From assembly GCF_009914755.1 (NCBI RefSeq), contig NC_060935.1: DNA of 64,000 nt, one strand, 5' to 3'. Positions 40,553 to 52,200 of the stretch are shown one piece after another. The position numbers were made by a program, and so were the translations under genes. Within the stretch, counting starts at the first letter, position 1; the number at the start of each line of letters is the position of its first letter. This DNA comes from the human T2T-CHM13v2.0 reference genome, Homo sapiens. The notes under the pieces are model-generated. The model had not been told where the DNA came from, did not search any database, and saw nothing but the letters and a program-made list of their open reading frames with translations.

Positions 40553-42449
40553 TGGTGTGTGTTTGTGTGTGTGTGTGTGTGTGGTGTGGTATGTGGTATA
40601 TGTGGTGTGTGGTGTGGTATGTGATTGTGTAGTGTGTAGTGTATGATGTGTGTGTGGTGGTGTATGTGGTATGTGGTATGTAGTGTGTGCTATGTGATGT
40701 ATGTGGTGTGTGGTGAGGTATGAGTGTGTATGTGGTGTGTAGTGTGTGGTGTGTGATGTGTCTGTGATGCGTGTGTGGTGTGGTGGTGTATGTGGTGTGT
40801 GTGGTGTGTAGTGTGTGCTATGTGATGTATGTGGTGTGTGGTGGGGTATGAATGTGTATGTGGTGTGTAGTGTGTGGTGTGTGATGTGTGTGGTGTTTGG
40901 TGGTGTATGTGGTATGTGTGTCATGTGGTATGTGGTGTGTGTGTCATGTGTAGTGCGTAGTGGGGTATGTGGTGTGAGTGTGGTGTGTAGTGTGTGGTGT
41001 GTGATGTGTGTGTGGTGATGGTGGGGTATGTGGTGTATGTGTTGTGTAGCATGGTGTGTGATGTGTGTGTGGTGTGTGGTGTGAGTGTGGTGTGTAGTGT
41101 GTGGTGTGTGATGTGTTTGTGGTGCGTGGTGGGGTATGTGGTGTATGTGTTGTATGGTGTGGTATGTGGTATGTGTGTGGTGTGTAGTGTGTGTTATGTG
41201 TTGTGTTGTGGGGTATGTGGTATGTCTAGTGATATGGTGTGTGTGGTGTGTGTGTGTTATGTGTGTGGTGTGGTATGAGGTGTAGTGTATTGTGTGGTGT
41301 GGTATGTGGTGTACGTGTAGTATGGTGTGTGTGTGGTGGTGTGTGTGATGTATGTTGTATATGGTGTGTGTGGTGTGGTATATGTGGTGGGGCATGTGTG
41401 TGTTGTGGTGTGTGTTGTGTGTGTGGTGTGTGTGTGTGGTGTCTATAGTATGTGTGTTGTGAGTGTGTGGTGTGTGTGGTGGAGTGTGTGTTGTGTGGTA
41501 TGTGGTGCATGTGTGTTGTGTGTGTGATGTGTGTGGTGGGGTGTGTGCTGTGTGTTGTATGTGGTGCATGTGTGTTGTGTGTGTGATGTGTGTGGTGGGG
41601 TGTGTGCTGTGTGTTGTATGTGGTGCGTGTGTGGTGGAGTGTGTGGTATGTGGTGTGTATTGTTTGGTATGTGTGGTACGATGTGTGGTACAATGTGTGG
41701 TGTGTGGTGTGGTGCATGGTGTGTGTATTTTGTGTGTGGTATGTTTGTGTGTGTGTTGTGTATTATCTGTGATGTGGGTTTATGTGGTGTGTGGTGGGGT
41801 ATGTGGTGTGTGTTATGGTATGTGGGGTGTGTGTCTCTGTGTGGTGTGCGGTGGTGTATGTGGTGTGTGTGGTATGTGATGTGTGTGTTGTGTGATGGGG
41901 TATGAGTGTGTGTGTGGTGTGTAGTGTGTGATGTGTGGTGGGGTATGTGATGTGTGTTATGGTATGTGGGGTGTGTGTCTCTGTGTGGTGTGGTATGTGG
42001 TGTGCGTGTTGTGTATGGTATGAGTGATGTGTGTGTGTGGTGGGGTGTATGGTGTGTGGTATAGTATGTGGTGTGTGTGGTGTGTTCATGCGTAGTGTGT
42101 GGTATGTGGTCTGTGTTGTGGTATGTCGTGCATATGTTGAGCATGCTATGGTAAGTGATGTGTGTATGGTGTGTGTGCATGTGTGGTGTGTGGTATGTGG
42201 TGCGTGTATTTTGTGTGTTGTGGTATATGGTGCATGTGTGGTGTGTGGTATGTGGTGCGTGTATTTTGTGTGTTGTGGTATATGGTGCATGTGTGTTGTG
42301 TGTTGTGTATCTGTGTGTGCTGTGTGGTATGTGTGGTGTGTGGTGTGTGTGTGGCTGGGTGTATGCTGTGGTATGTGGTGTGTGCTGTGGTATGTGGTGT
42401 GTGTGCGTGCATGTGTTTGTATGTGTGTGTGTGTATATTGTGTGTGTGT
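40553..42449 (+). repeat. ~1.9-kb degenerate TG/TGG/TATG simple-repeat tract with higher-order units
   Basis: Almost only T and G on the + strand; internal tandem units of 59 bp (41507/41566) and 55 bp (42177/42232/42287). Confidence 0.95.
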
Positions 42450-43654
42450 AAGAGAGATCAACAGGGGTCCCAGGCAAGGGGGATGAGTGGGCTGTTGGCA
42501 GAGGAAGAAGCGCAGCCCAGCAAAGGTGGAGCCTCGCTTTCCATAAGCAGCTTGGGTCCCCAGGCGCCCCTGCGCGATGTGGGAGTGGGAGAGACTGAGT
42601 GGGCGCAAGGGTCTCGCCACCTGGGTGTGTGAACGAGTGCAGAAATACAAACAGCTCCGAGCCAGAGGATCCTTAGTCCATCAATTCTTTGCAGAAGAAA
42701 AGTCTGATGGATTGAAATTGTCACACAAGAACGCTGTGAACAATAGCAGGGAGATACTGTTTCTCTCCAGCCCAGCTGTGGTGAGTTACTTCTTAATGGC
42801 AAGGTAGGGAGACACACACCACGGACAATGCTGAGGGTGACAGGAGATGCCTGTGCCAGTTATTTATTATGGGAGAGGAAGGTGTTCCTTCTACTTTTTT
42901 TCCTTCCATCACCCCCTTCTTTTCTGTGATAAGTGGGGGCTGAGCTGTTTGTGTTATGCAGAGGCTGACAAAATGAGGCGATCAGATTGGAAATCAAAGC
43001 TCTCACCATGGCTGGCAGTGTGCGGGGACTTCGCAGCCACCTCCCATGGCGGGGGCAGGAGGAGGGGGAGGAAGCAGCTGCTGTCATTTCTCCCCTAGCA
43101 GTTGTTTTTGGTTTTACTTTTATTTCTCCCAAGAGGAGAGGAGCTGGAGAGGGCAGCCAAACTAGCACAAGAAAGAAAAGGAGAAAGAGGGCAAGAATGG
43201 AAATGCGGAAGGAGAAAGAGCCCTACCAGGAGGCAAAGGGAGAGGGAAGCGAGAAGGAGGGAAGAAGCCTCCAGAACGTGCCTTTTTCCGATTTGTGCTG
43301 GCTGCGACCTTGCAGCCTGTTTCTCTGCCAGCTGCCCCTCCTTTGCTGTGAGAGGTGTTTTCTGTGACCCGCAAAGCGTGGTTTAATTTACAGGGTGAGT
43401 TGGAAATGATTCAAGCATCTGCTCCTTTCAAATGTTGGGAAACTGAGGCACAGCACATTAAGAACTATTTAACTTGCTTCTTTCGGGCCTTATTGTCAGT
43501 CTTTTTTCTTGAGAGTTCCAGAAACTATTTCCATCTCCAGCTTTCAGGATGAATAACTTATTCAGGCCTTTGCTTTTCTGGTGCGTTCTCCCAAAACTCC
43601 TCCTATTTCAAACTGCCCCCCAAAGTCCCTGAGCCTGAGTCTTATGGGTTGACT

Positions 43655-43668
43655 CTGCCCTCTGGTGG
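43655..43668 (-). promoter_or_regulatory. Candidate CTCF site
   Basis: Minus strand CCACCAGAGGGCAG matches the core CCASYAGRKGGCRS with no mismatch. Confidence 0.55.
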
Positions 43669-45143
43669 ATCGAAAGGTGGTGAATGAGGCAGAAAAGGGA
43701 GCTCGTTCCAGAAAAACATACCTTGGCAGGCTTCCCAGGAAAGTCTTTGGTTAAAGCAACCCGAACCCAAAATGAATACAGCTCAATATGCTGTGATGTA
43801 TTAATATCCTGATAAGCGAGTCAGAATGTGTTTCCAAATAGACCTATTACATAAGTGGCAATAAATACTAACCCATCTCTCACCTTGCTGCGGTGAGCGC
43901 ATAGAGAGGGATCTGCAGTGTGGGATTCCAGGCAGTCTTGGCGATGCTGACCTTCTGACGGATGGGGAGGCCTGAGCCCTCTATAACACAGGTCCCCTGT
44001 GACATCCACATCACACAATCGTGCCCTTTGCCCACCTTTTTAATGACTTTCTATTTTGTTTTACAACCAGCAATCTGCTGCATGTGCTGGTCAACAGTAT
44101 CTATCTTTTCTGCTGTGGCTTGCTGCCTCGGATGCTTTTATGGGCATTGATTCCCTCCACTGCTTCCCCAAAGAGGTTCTTTTCCTTGAGCCAGAGCGGC
44201 ATTCCGGCGGATTACAGTGTCTGCCACTCTGCTCTCCGATTTATTGCCATCCTGGGCTTTAGTCTCCCTACATTCACAGCCAAGCCTCATTCATTTTGTT
44301 TTCTGGGGCGAGCAAATTGAAGAAGTTGCTATTAATAGGAGAAAGAGTGTCATGCCGGCAGACTTAGTAGTGTCTAACGTTATAGCCTGCAAGTCCCAGA
44401 GCCAAGCTCTTGTCTTAGATCCACCCTTCCCCATCCAAGGGACTGAACCAGGTGGGATGCTGGCCTGGGCATTGGCTCTCTGAAAGATTTACACTTTTCT
44501 GGCTTTTGTCGACAAAGGATATTCTCATATTTGGGCACTCTCATCCATATGTCCTCTCCTTTTCCCTGTGACCATCAGTTTACATTTGGCAGAAGGCTGT
44601 CTGGGGTTGTAGATGAAGTCTGAGGGCAGATGGCTGGGGACAGGACGCTGGAGAGGAGAAGCACATGGCAGTGGTATAGGATGGTTTGCTTCTCAGCTTT
44701 CCCAGACACTAAAGTATATGAATCCAATTAAAGTTGTTCTGTGAGTGTGTTTTTTTTTTTACATTGATAAACATGTTTGCTAATCATTTATCACAAATTA
44801 AATAGTAGAGCAATTTCTAAACAATGTCCTACAGATAATGAATGTCTTTTGAATATGCATACACAATGTTACATCTCAACTGTTGCTAGTCCTGTTTACT
44901 CTCTCAGCTGTAGAATTTAGAGGCTGCCTGGGGACTGTAGAGAGCAGGACATCAGATGTTGCCTCTCCAGGGACCATCCTCAGATCTTTGTGGACTGGCC
45001 CCAGGCTGTCCAGATGTATATCTCCTTCATGCAGAAACAGGAGCCTCAAAGAATCTTCCAGTGGGTTATAGTTGTGGGTGTAGGAGTTCACCCAACCAAC
45101 TTAACTTGCCAGGTGATCACACAGGTACAAGAGGCTGATAAGG

Positions 45144-45447
45144 GGCTGGGCATGGTGGCTCACACCTGTAATCCCAGCACTTTGGGAGGCTGAGGCAGGT
45201 GGATCACGAGGTCAGGAGATCAAGACCATCCTGGCTAACACGGTGAAACCCCGTCTCTACTAAAAAAAAAATAATAAAAAATAAAAAAATAAAATAAAAT
45301 TAGCCGAGTGCGGTGGCGGGCACCTGTAGTCCCCGCTACTCAGGAGGCTGAGGCAGGAGAATGGCATGAATCCGGGAGGCAGAGTTTGCAGTGAGCTGAG
45401 ATTGCACCACTTCACTCCAGCCTGGGCGATAGAGCGAGACACCATCT

Positions 45448-45478
<31 letters not shown>
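45144..45478 (+). mobile_element. AluY with expanded A-rich linker
   Basis: AluY diagnostics; A30 tail; TSD AAGAGGCTG(A/G)TAAGG at 45129-45143 and 45477-45491. Confidence 0.92.
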
Positions 45479-45482
<4 letters not shown>

Positions 45483-47329
45483 CTGGTAAGGTCAGAAATC
45501 ACTATCGACAGTGTAGAAATTTTTCTTTGGGATGGGTTGGTGTCACAAGTCCCAGCAGGTTATTGAGTGAACAATTCTCTTTAGAAAGTGCCGCTGGAAA
45601 AGTGTAGTTTGCAAAAGATGTGTGTTTGTGTGTGTGTGTTGGTAGGGTGGATAGGGTGGGGTCTATTGGTCATATATTCTAGAAGAGGAATTTGGAGGTG
45701 GCTGTATAGGGACTTGGTATCCAAAACTGTTTGCATTTCTGGAAGAGCAATGTTGTATAGTGCATACAGCTGTGTACGTATTGTTACTATTGATGCTCTA
45801 AGTGATAGTTTAGAACCAACTTAGGGGATAGTTTTCCTGTGTCTCACACATATATTGATTCAGAGTCTCTGGCACTATCCTCAGTAAGGTAACAAAGGGA
45901 AGCAAACAGATCCCAGGAGCCCTGAGTTGAGGTCTTGCTGTTCCCAATCAGCCGATGTATCAGAACTCTGGGTAACTTGACCCAGTAGCTTAGGCCCTGC
46001 ATTCCCATTCTGGCTTTGAAGACAGGAGAAATGTATTTTAAGACAGAATTCCTAAAGACAGACCTCAGGTGGGTTTTTCATGCCTACCTAGAAGTAAGGT
46101 TAGCTTCAGTTAATCTACAGCTTCCTGTGGGCTCTACCTCAAAGTCATGGAAGGGAAGACTTCTTAGGAAATAAAAACTGATTTTTGTCATTATTTTTCT
46201 TCAGTGCACACACAGAATATCTGTCCTCCAACACCAGTCATTTCAAAATGGGGCTCCTAGGACTGTATTAGAAAGACCAAGAAGAGCATACAGTACAGGA
46301 GGTACCAAATGGATACAGCCTCAACATTCTGAGCTTTGCCAGAAATGTCTGTCTGTCTTCTCCCACTGTTTCCTCAATTCTCTTCCCCTTTTTCATCTTC
46401 ACCTACCTCCATTTTCTTGAGTTTTCTTGTGCAGTTTTGGTCAGGCTTTTTATTGAGAACAACCTCAACTCCTGCCAATGACTTTACAGCCTTCCTCTTT
46501 CTCTCTGGATGTTCTTAACAGGTTTGGATGAAGCTGAAATGTAAATGTATCTGATTCTTAATTAGAAGAATTCAATTCCAGAGTCTGTTAGGACTTTGGG
46601 AGTAGGAGATTTGTTTTCACAGTAAATATTCTCAGAAGGAGAAGGGAACCTAGTCTGATATTCCCAGAGGTGACCAGTAATAGGAAATCATCTTGACAGA
46701 TGAAACCACTCGTATCTAGAAATCAGATGAGTAGCGGGATGAGGGAAAGACAGTGAAGCCTCGGAAGTGGGAGTTGGTTCAGCTTTGTTAGGGAGATGCA
46801 AGGAGATACCACACCAGTCAGAGAAAGTCATAAGATCAAGAGGTATGGAATGTGGCTCTCAAGTGGAAAAAAAAAGGAAGGTACCGCATTTTCCATTCTC
46901 TGCCTTGTTTTTTTAATTCCCGTGATAATTACAATGAGAGGAGCAATCATGTTGCTAATTTTACTTCATGCGTTTAAGTTCTAATTAATACTATCTGGTT
47001 CTTCTGCGTTCTGCTGAGGTGAAATACAGCATGCTCCTTTGCACTTACACCTTTCTTTCTCTCAAGAATTTGCATAGGAAGTGAAGGCATGTTTGCATGT
47101 ATCGTATTTTAGTAATTGGCATCCCTGCCTTCACAGTTCTACACCACTTTCTAGTCTAATCTCCTGGACCTTTCCTCTCTCCATTCACCTTGGCAAAAGT
47201 GGAACAGCTAGGGGTTTCAAACAGCCCTGCCCCTCAGAGAATAGGGAAGTCTGATGGAGTTGCCGGCAGCAGACCTAAGCCGCCAGCAGGCTCTTCATGG
47301 ATCCCCACAGAGCAAGATGGGAGATTTCT

Positions 47330-47570
47330 CACGGTGAGAACTGCACGGCTGAGGCCGCATAGACATTACCATTGTCCTGTACAGAAAAGGAAACCGAGGC
47401 CCAGGGTGATGAAGTGACTTGCCCACGATCACACATTTCATAGCCTCAGATCTGGGATTTGAGATGTGTCTCTGCCTCCAACTTTCTTATGATGATGCTG
47501 TGAGATATGAATTATATGAGAAAGGGCTTTGCATGCTGTCATGTGCAAGGAAAGTTTGAGCTATTATTTT
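47330..47570. mobile_element. MIR fragments in opposite orientations
   Basis: GTACAGAAAAGGAAACCGAGGCCCAG...AAGTGACTTGCCCA (minus), then a MIR 3' piece (plus). Confidence 0.6.
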
Positions 47571-47854
47571 TCTGGTTAATTAACAAAAACATTGTCATGA
47601 AATGTCTGCTGCATTCTCCGTTCTCATTTTGAAAGCTTTTGTGGAGCACAAAATGTTGCTTTGTGACTTCTAGTGGCATAGCTCACATGTGCTATAGATG
47701 CACGCGTGTTATGCTTCTGGCAGCCCGGTGTGAGTAACCATGGAAAACAGTTGGAGAGGTGCCAGTGTTGGGGCTGAGTGTGGGGCCAGCTATTGTCTCA
47801 GAGACACCTGGTTTAGGACAGATGCCTGCTGCAGTGTGCCTTCACTTCAAGCAA

Positions 47855-48310
47855 CTGATATTTACTGACTGCCTGTGATAATGAACTAGGTACCATGGAA
47901 GGCACAATAGGTTGCAAGAGGATTATGGAAAGAAAGATAAAGAAAATACACAGGCCCTGCCTTCAGAATTGCCATATGGGCTGGCAAAGGTTATGATGGA
48001 ACCCTACGAAAGTGCAGCCTTGTTGGGTCAGAGGGAGCCTTGTGAAGGAAGGGGTGTGTGGGCGAGTAAGTAGGGAGGGGTGCTGTAGACAGAGGGGCAG
48101 TGTGGGAAATGGGTTGGGGCATGGGAGAGCATGCCACACTAAGGAAGCTGCAGGATCCCAGACCTCAAGGTCCTGGCATGTTCTTCTGAACTCTTTGAGC
48201 TTCATCCTGAAGGCAGTGAGAACCACTGAAGGCTCTTGAACAAGTGATTCTCAAACAGATTTGTTAGAAAGGTCCCTGCGGCAAAAAGAGTGACTGGACT
48301 GAAGAGGGTT
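47855..48310 (-). mobile_element. L2 fragment
   Basis: ATATTTACTGACTGCC...GGCCCTGCCTTCAG...TTCATCCTGAAGGCAGTGAGAACCACTGAAGG. Confidence 0.55.
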
Positions 48311-50539
48311 GCGTGTGGGACCAAAAGAGCAGGTGGAAGAGGCCCCCCGCTCCCACTGCCTGGTGTTCAGAAGATGGTCCATTGAAGCTTAGGAAATGAT
48401 TTGAGCTTGTGGTTGGAGGTTCAAAATTAGAGAGAATGCATGCAGGGAAATAACTAGCTCTTCTACAGCCTGGCTAGAGTCCCTTCCTACAGAGACCAGT
48501 TAATAGAGAGCATCATCAAAGGCACCAAGAGTTTCCGTAAAGGACTTAGATAATTATTTGCCCAGTGTTGGTTGAAGGAAATTACTTTGGAATGAACCAG
48601 CTGATGCAGTTCAAGTGCCCGAGGATACATTCCTCTGCCTGACGTTTTATACCTGTGCGACCACTGCCCCGCCCCCATCTGCTCCCCCAATCCCCGTCAG
48701 GATCCTGCCTGCTCCTTCCACCAGGGTGGGAACTACAGCAGAGTGAAGGAAAACAGCCCTCTCCTAACGGCTTCCTTTGTTTGGTTCAGACTTGGTCATT
48801 GTACTTTGAGAGTTAAAATTGGGTCTATTTCTTTCTGTATCCGTCCGGTGTTTGTCATTCAATTGCCTGTGCAGGTTCTCTGCTTTATTTCATTTAAGTA
48901 GCTGTTATCTTCTTTGTATCATAAGCTCCTAAAATATAGAGTAAGGAATATGTTTTGTTCTGGAGAGTGAACACTGCATCTTCACAGGCATATGAGCTCA
49001 ATAAATAAATGTGTAATGTTGAACATAGTGATGTAGCCATGTATTTGGTTACTTGGAAAATAATAGGGAAGGGAGGGAACGATAGCATCCGCACTCAGAA
49101 GGTTTGTAAACATTAACACCTCCATGCTCCTGCGGAGTCCTTGATACTCTTCCCCTCAATACTTACATGGACCCTCATTACAATAAGAACAGGGTGGGGT
49201 AGAGACCATTTTTCCCCATTGACATATATGAAAACTGAGTCACAGAAAGACTACGGACTCAGGCTTGTCGCAACACAATGGAAAAAGAGAGAAGCACCCC
49301 ACTGGACTCCATGGAAATCAAGCTACTAGGCATGGTTGCTGCCTCTCTCAAATATGAACAAGCAAGCTGAGGTGATCGCAGGTAAAATATATGAATGCAT
49401 GGCGGCTTCCAGATGGCAGAAATCTTGTTAAAATCTGAGTAACACCCAGTGCATTGTCAAGCTTTCAAAATGTTCATTGCAAAATCTTACAATCCACTCA
49501 CCCCAGAAAAGACTATTACTAATTTTGGGTCAAAGAATCAGGAGATGCTCGCTGTCATCCAAAATCTTTCTTGAAGTAAGTAGCTAAGTAGCCTTAGGCT
49601 TATGAAAGAAAGAGCTGCACAGACTTAACCTCTGTAGATTCCTTATTGATAAATTATCTCCCATGTCTCTCCCAGCACCATATTTATACTCATTTGTAAA
49701 GTTCTCAGCAGAAACTTCACTTCTACAAGCCCTTCCCTGACCCATTAGACTAGGCTGGGTTCCTCCACACACGTCTACTTTCTGCACAACACCCATAATT
49801 TCCTATCATAAGAAACAGCACACTTCTGCATTATAATCCTGTCTTTCTGTGCCTCTCTGCATGAGTCTGTCTTGTTTGCCTCTGCATTGAATTCCTTAAG
49901 AGCTTAACACAATACATGGCACATAGGAGGTGCTCAATGAACATTTGGCAAATAAATGGGCATATAATCCCATCCTAATGCACTTCAGTTCATCCACATC
50001 TTTGGAGATAACTGCCTGAAGTGAAGTTTAAGGGGTAAGTTAGAAGCACAGGTCGGGGGATGGCTGTGAGTTGAAAGGTTACCCGGGGGACCTAAAGAAT
50101 GGGCCACAAAGACCCCTGACACACAGCCCTCCCTGCCAGCCCTGTTTAGGTGGATTCCAGCACCTTAAGAGCATGTCTGTTTATATGTCTGATGGTGAGA
50201 ACGAGGCCTAACGTATTTGGGAAAGGCAACTCCCAGGAAGAGGACGTTTCCATGCTTCTGTTTCTGGCAGTGATGGACTTCCCTGCCCCCATTATCTCTT
50301 CACCCTGGCTTACTTCTTTATTGCTTCCAAATATGATTTTTCTCCTGCCATTCGGCTCTGCTTATCTGCTTTGCTGCTGATGGGAGCATACTTCCCAGCC
50401 TGGCATTTGAGGGCAGCTACAGCTGACTCTAGTCTTTCTTCCTCGGTGTTCTCTCTCTGCTCTCATCAGACCAAACCTTTAAACATCTGCCCCAGAGCCA
50501 CACCCAAATCTTTATTCTTTGTTTGTTTAATTAATTAAT

Positions 50540-50732
50540 TAATTTTAAACAGTCTCACTCTGTAGATGGGACTATAGGCACATGCCACCCTGCCCAGCCA
50601 TTTTTTTTCTTTTTTTGTAAACAGGGTCTCACCATGTTGCCCTGGCTTGTCTTGAACTCCTAGGCTCCAGCCATCCTCCCACCTTAGCTTCTCAAAATGC
50701 TGGGATTACAGGCGTGAGCCACCGTGCCTGCC
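50540..50732 (-). mobile_element. AluJ with most of the right arm deleted
   Basis: TCTCACTCTGT joined directly to AGATGGGACTATAGG; left arm intact to GTGAGCCACCGTGCCTG. Confidence 0.8.
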
Positions 50733-50829
50733 CCATACCCGTATCTTTGGATACCTTTTTCTTCCTAGGGGGAACACCTTCTCACCTCTTTTCTATTTAT
50801 TCAGCTGATCTTTTGTTTGTTTGGTTGGC

Positions 50830-51215
50830 TTTTATTTATTTATTTTTTTATTTCAGTAGGTTAGTGGGGAACAGATGGCATTTGGTTACGTGAATAAGTT
50901 CTTCAGTGGTAATTTCTGAGCTTTTGGTGCACCTTCACTCGAGCAGTGTACAGTGTACCCAAGGTGTTGTCTTTTATCCGTTGCCACCCCTGACCTTTTT
51001 CCCTGAGGCCCCAAAAAACAATGTATCATTCTTATGCCTTTGAGTCCTCATGGCTTGACTCCTATATATGAGTCATATAGGAATATATATGACTCATATG
51101 ACATTTGGTTTTTCATTCCCGAGTTACTTCACTTAGAATAATAGTCTCCAGTTCCATCCAGTTTGCTGCAATTGCCATTATTTTGTTCCTTTTTATGGCC
51201 GAGTAGTATTCCATG

Positions 51216-51261
<46 letters not shown>

Positions 51262-51484
51262 ATCTATCTATCTCACATTTTCTTTATCTATTCATTGATT
51301 GACAGGCATTTGGGCTGGTTCCATATTTTTGTAATTACAGATTGTGCTGCTATATACATGCGTGTGCAAGTATCTTTTTCGTATTATATAATGACTTCTT
51401 TTCCTCCTGGTAGATACCTAGTAGTGAGTAGATCTACTTTTAGTTCTTTAAGGAATCTCCACACTGTTTTCCATAGTGGTTGTA
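50830..51484 (-). mobile_element. L1PB-type 3' end containing a (TA)n expansion (~51219-51258)
   Basis: T-rich tail, TTTTGGTGCACC...CAGTGTACAGTGTACCCAA, ends CTGTTTTCCATAGTGGTTGTA. Confidence 0.87.
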
Positions 51485-51919
51485 TTTTTATTATTTTATT
51501 ATATCCTTTATTAGTTTACTGTCCACATGCTCCTGCCACCCACTGAACTCCCCAAATCCTCCTCCCCTCCCCACAGAATGTCCCTCGTTAGTACCTAAGC
51601 CTGGCTGGATTGTGTCCCCTCACCCCTGTGTCAGTGTCCCAGGAGACAGAAATGTTCTTGGCACTCCAAGGTCTCTTAGGCCAGGGCCAGAAGGGCCCCC
51701 ACTCCCGGCTTCTGGCTGCAGGCTCTACCTTGCCCCGTGTCCTCTCTCCCAGGGGCAGGGCTCGCCTGTGGTTGCCTGCTCCCAGTGCCTGACTACAGAC
51801 CACCCTCCATCTTTCTAGCACCTTCCTTTCCTTGCAGCCTCCCAAATATCTCACACTCCCTCTCCAGAAGAGTTCCTTCTGATCACAAAGCATTTGTGAG
51901 ATTTACACATAAGATTGCC

Positions 51920-52200
51920 TTTGTTCCAGTTCTCTAGAGGCAGATTCTGGGATACGGATTTGTGTGGTCATGACTTATTAGGGAAGTGGGCCTAGGAGAA
52001 CAGGCAGAAGGTGTAAGGGAAGCCAGGCAGGACAGGGCAAGAAGCCAAGTGGAGGCTCGATTTTAGGCAAAGACCCACCAGGGTGACCAGGCCCTTTTAC
52101 AACTCCCACACAGGCCACACAGGCTACTGCTAGGGGCCACCCTGGGGGACGCAAACCCTAGGCACTTGTGGCTGTCTGTGGAGGTGGGGGTGCAAACAGA
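51920..52200 (-). mobile_element. Ancient ERVL LTR fragment (LTR16-like)
   Basis: GGCAGATTCTGGGATACGGATTTGTGTG...ACTTATTAGGGAAGTG...GAAGCCAAG resembles the LTR16 family. Confidence 0.4.

Noticed and set aside
40499-42650. Long His/Thr-rich and Cys/Val-rich ORFs (up to 356 aa) on both strands
   Set aside because: Translations of the TG/CA simple repeat, which is stop-poor; no domain and no gene structure.
42812-42832. REST/RE1-like CACCACGGACA
   Set aside because: Left-half TTCAG missing and GGACAG broken; about 13 of 21 positions match.
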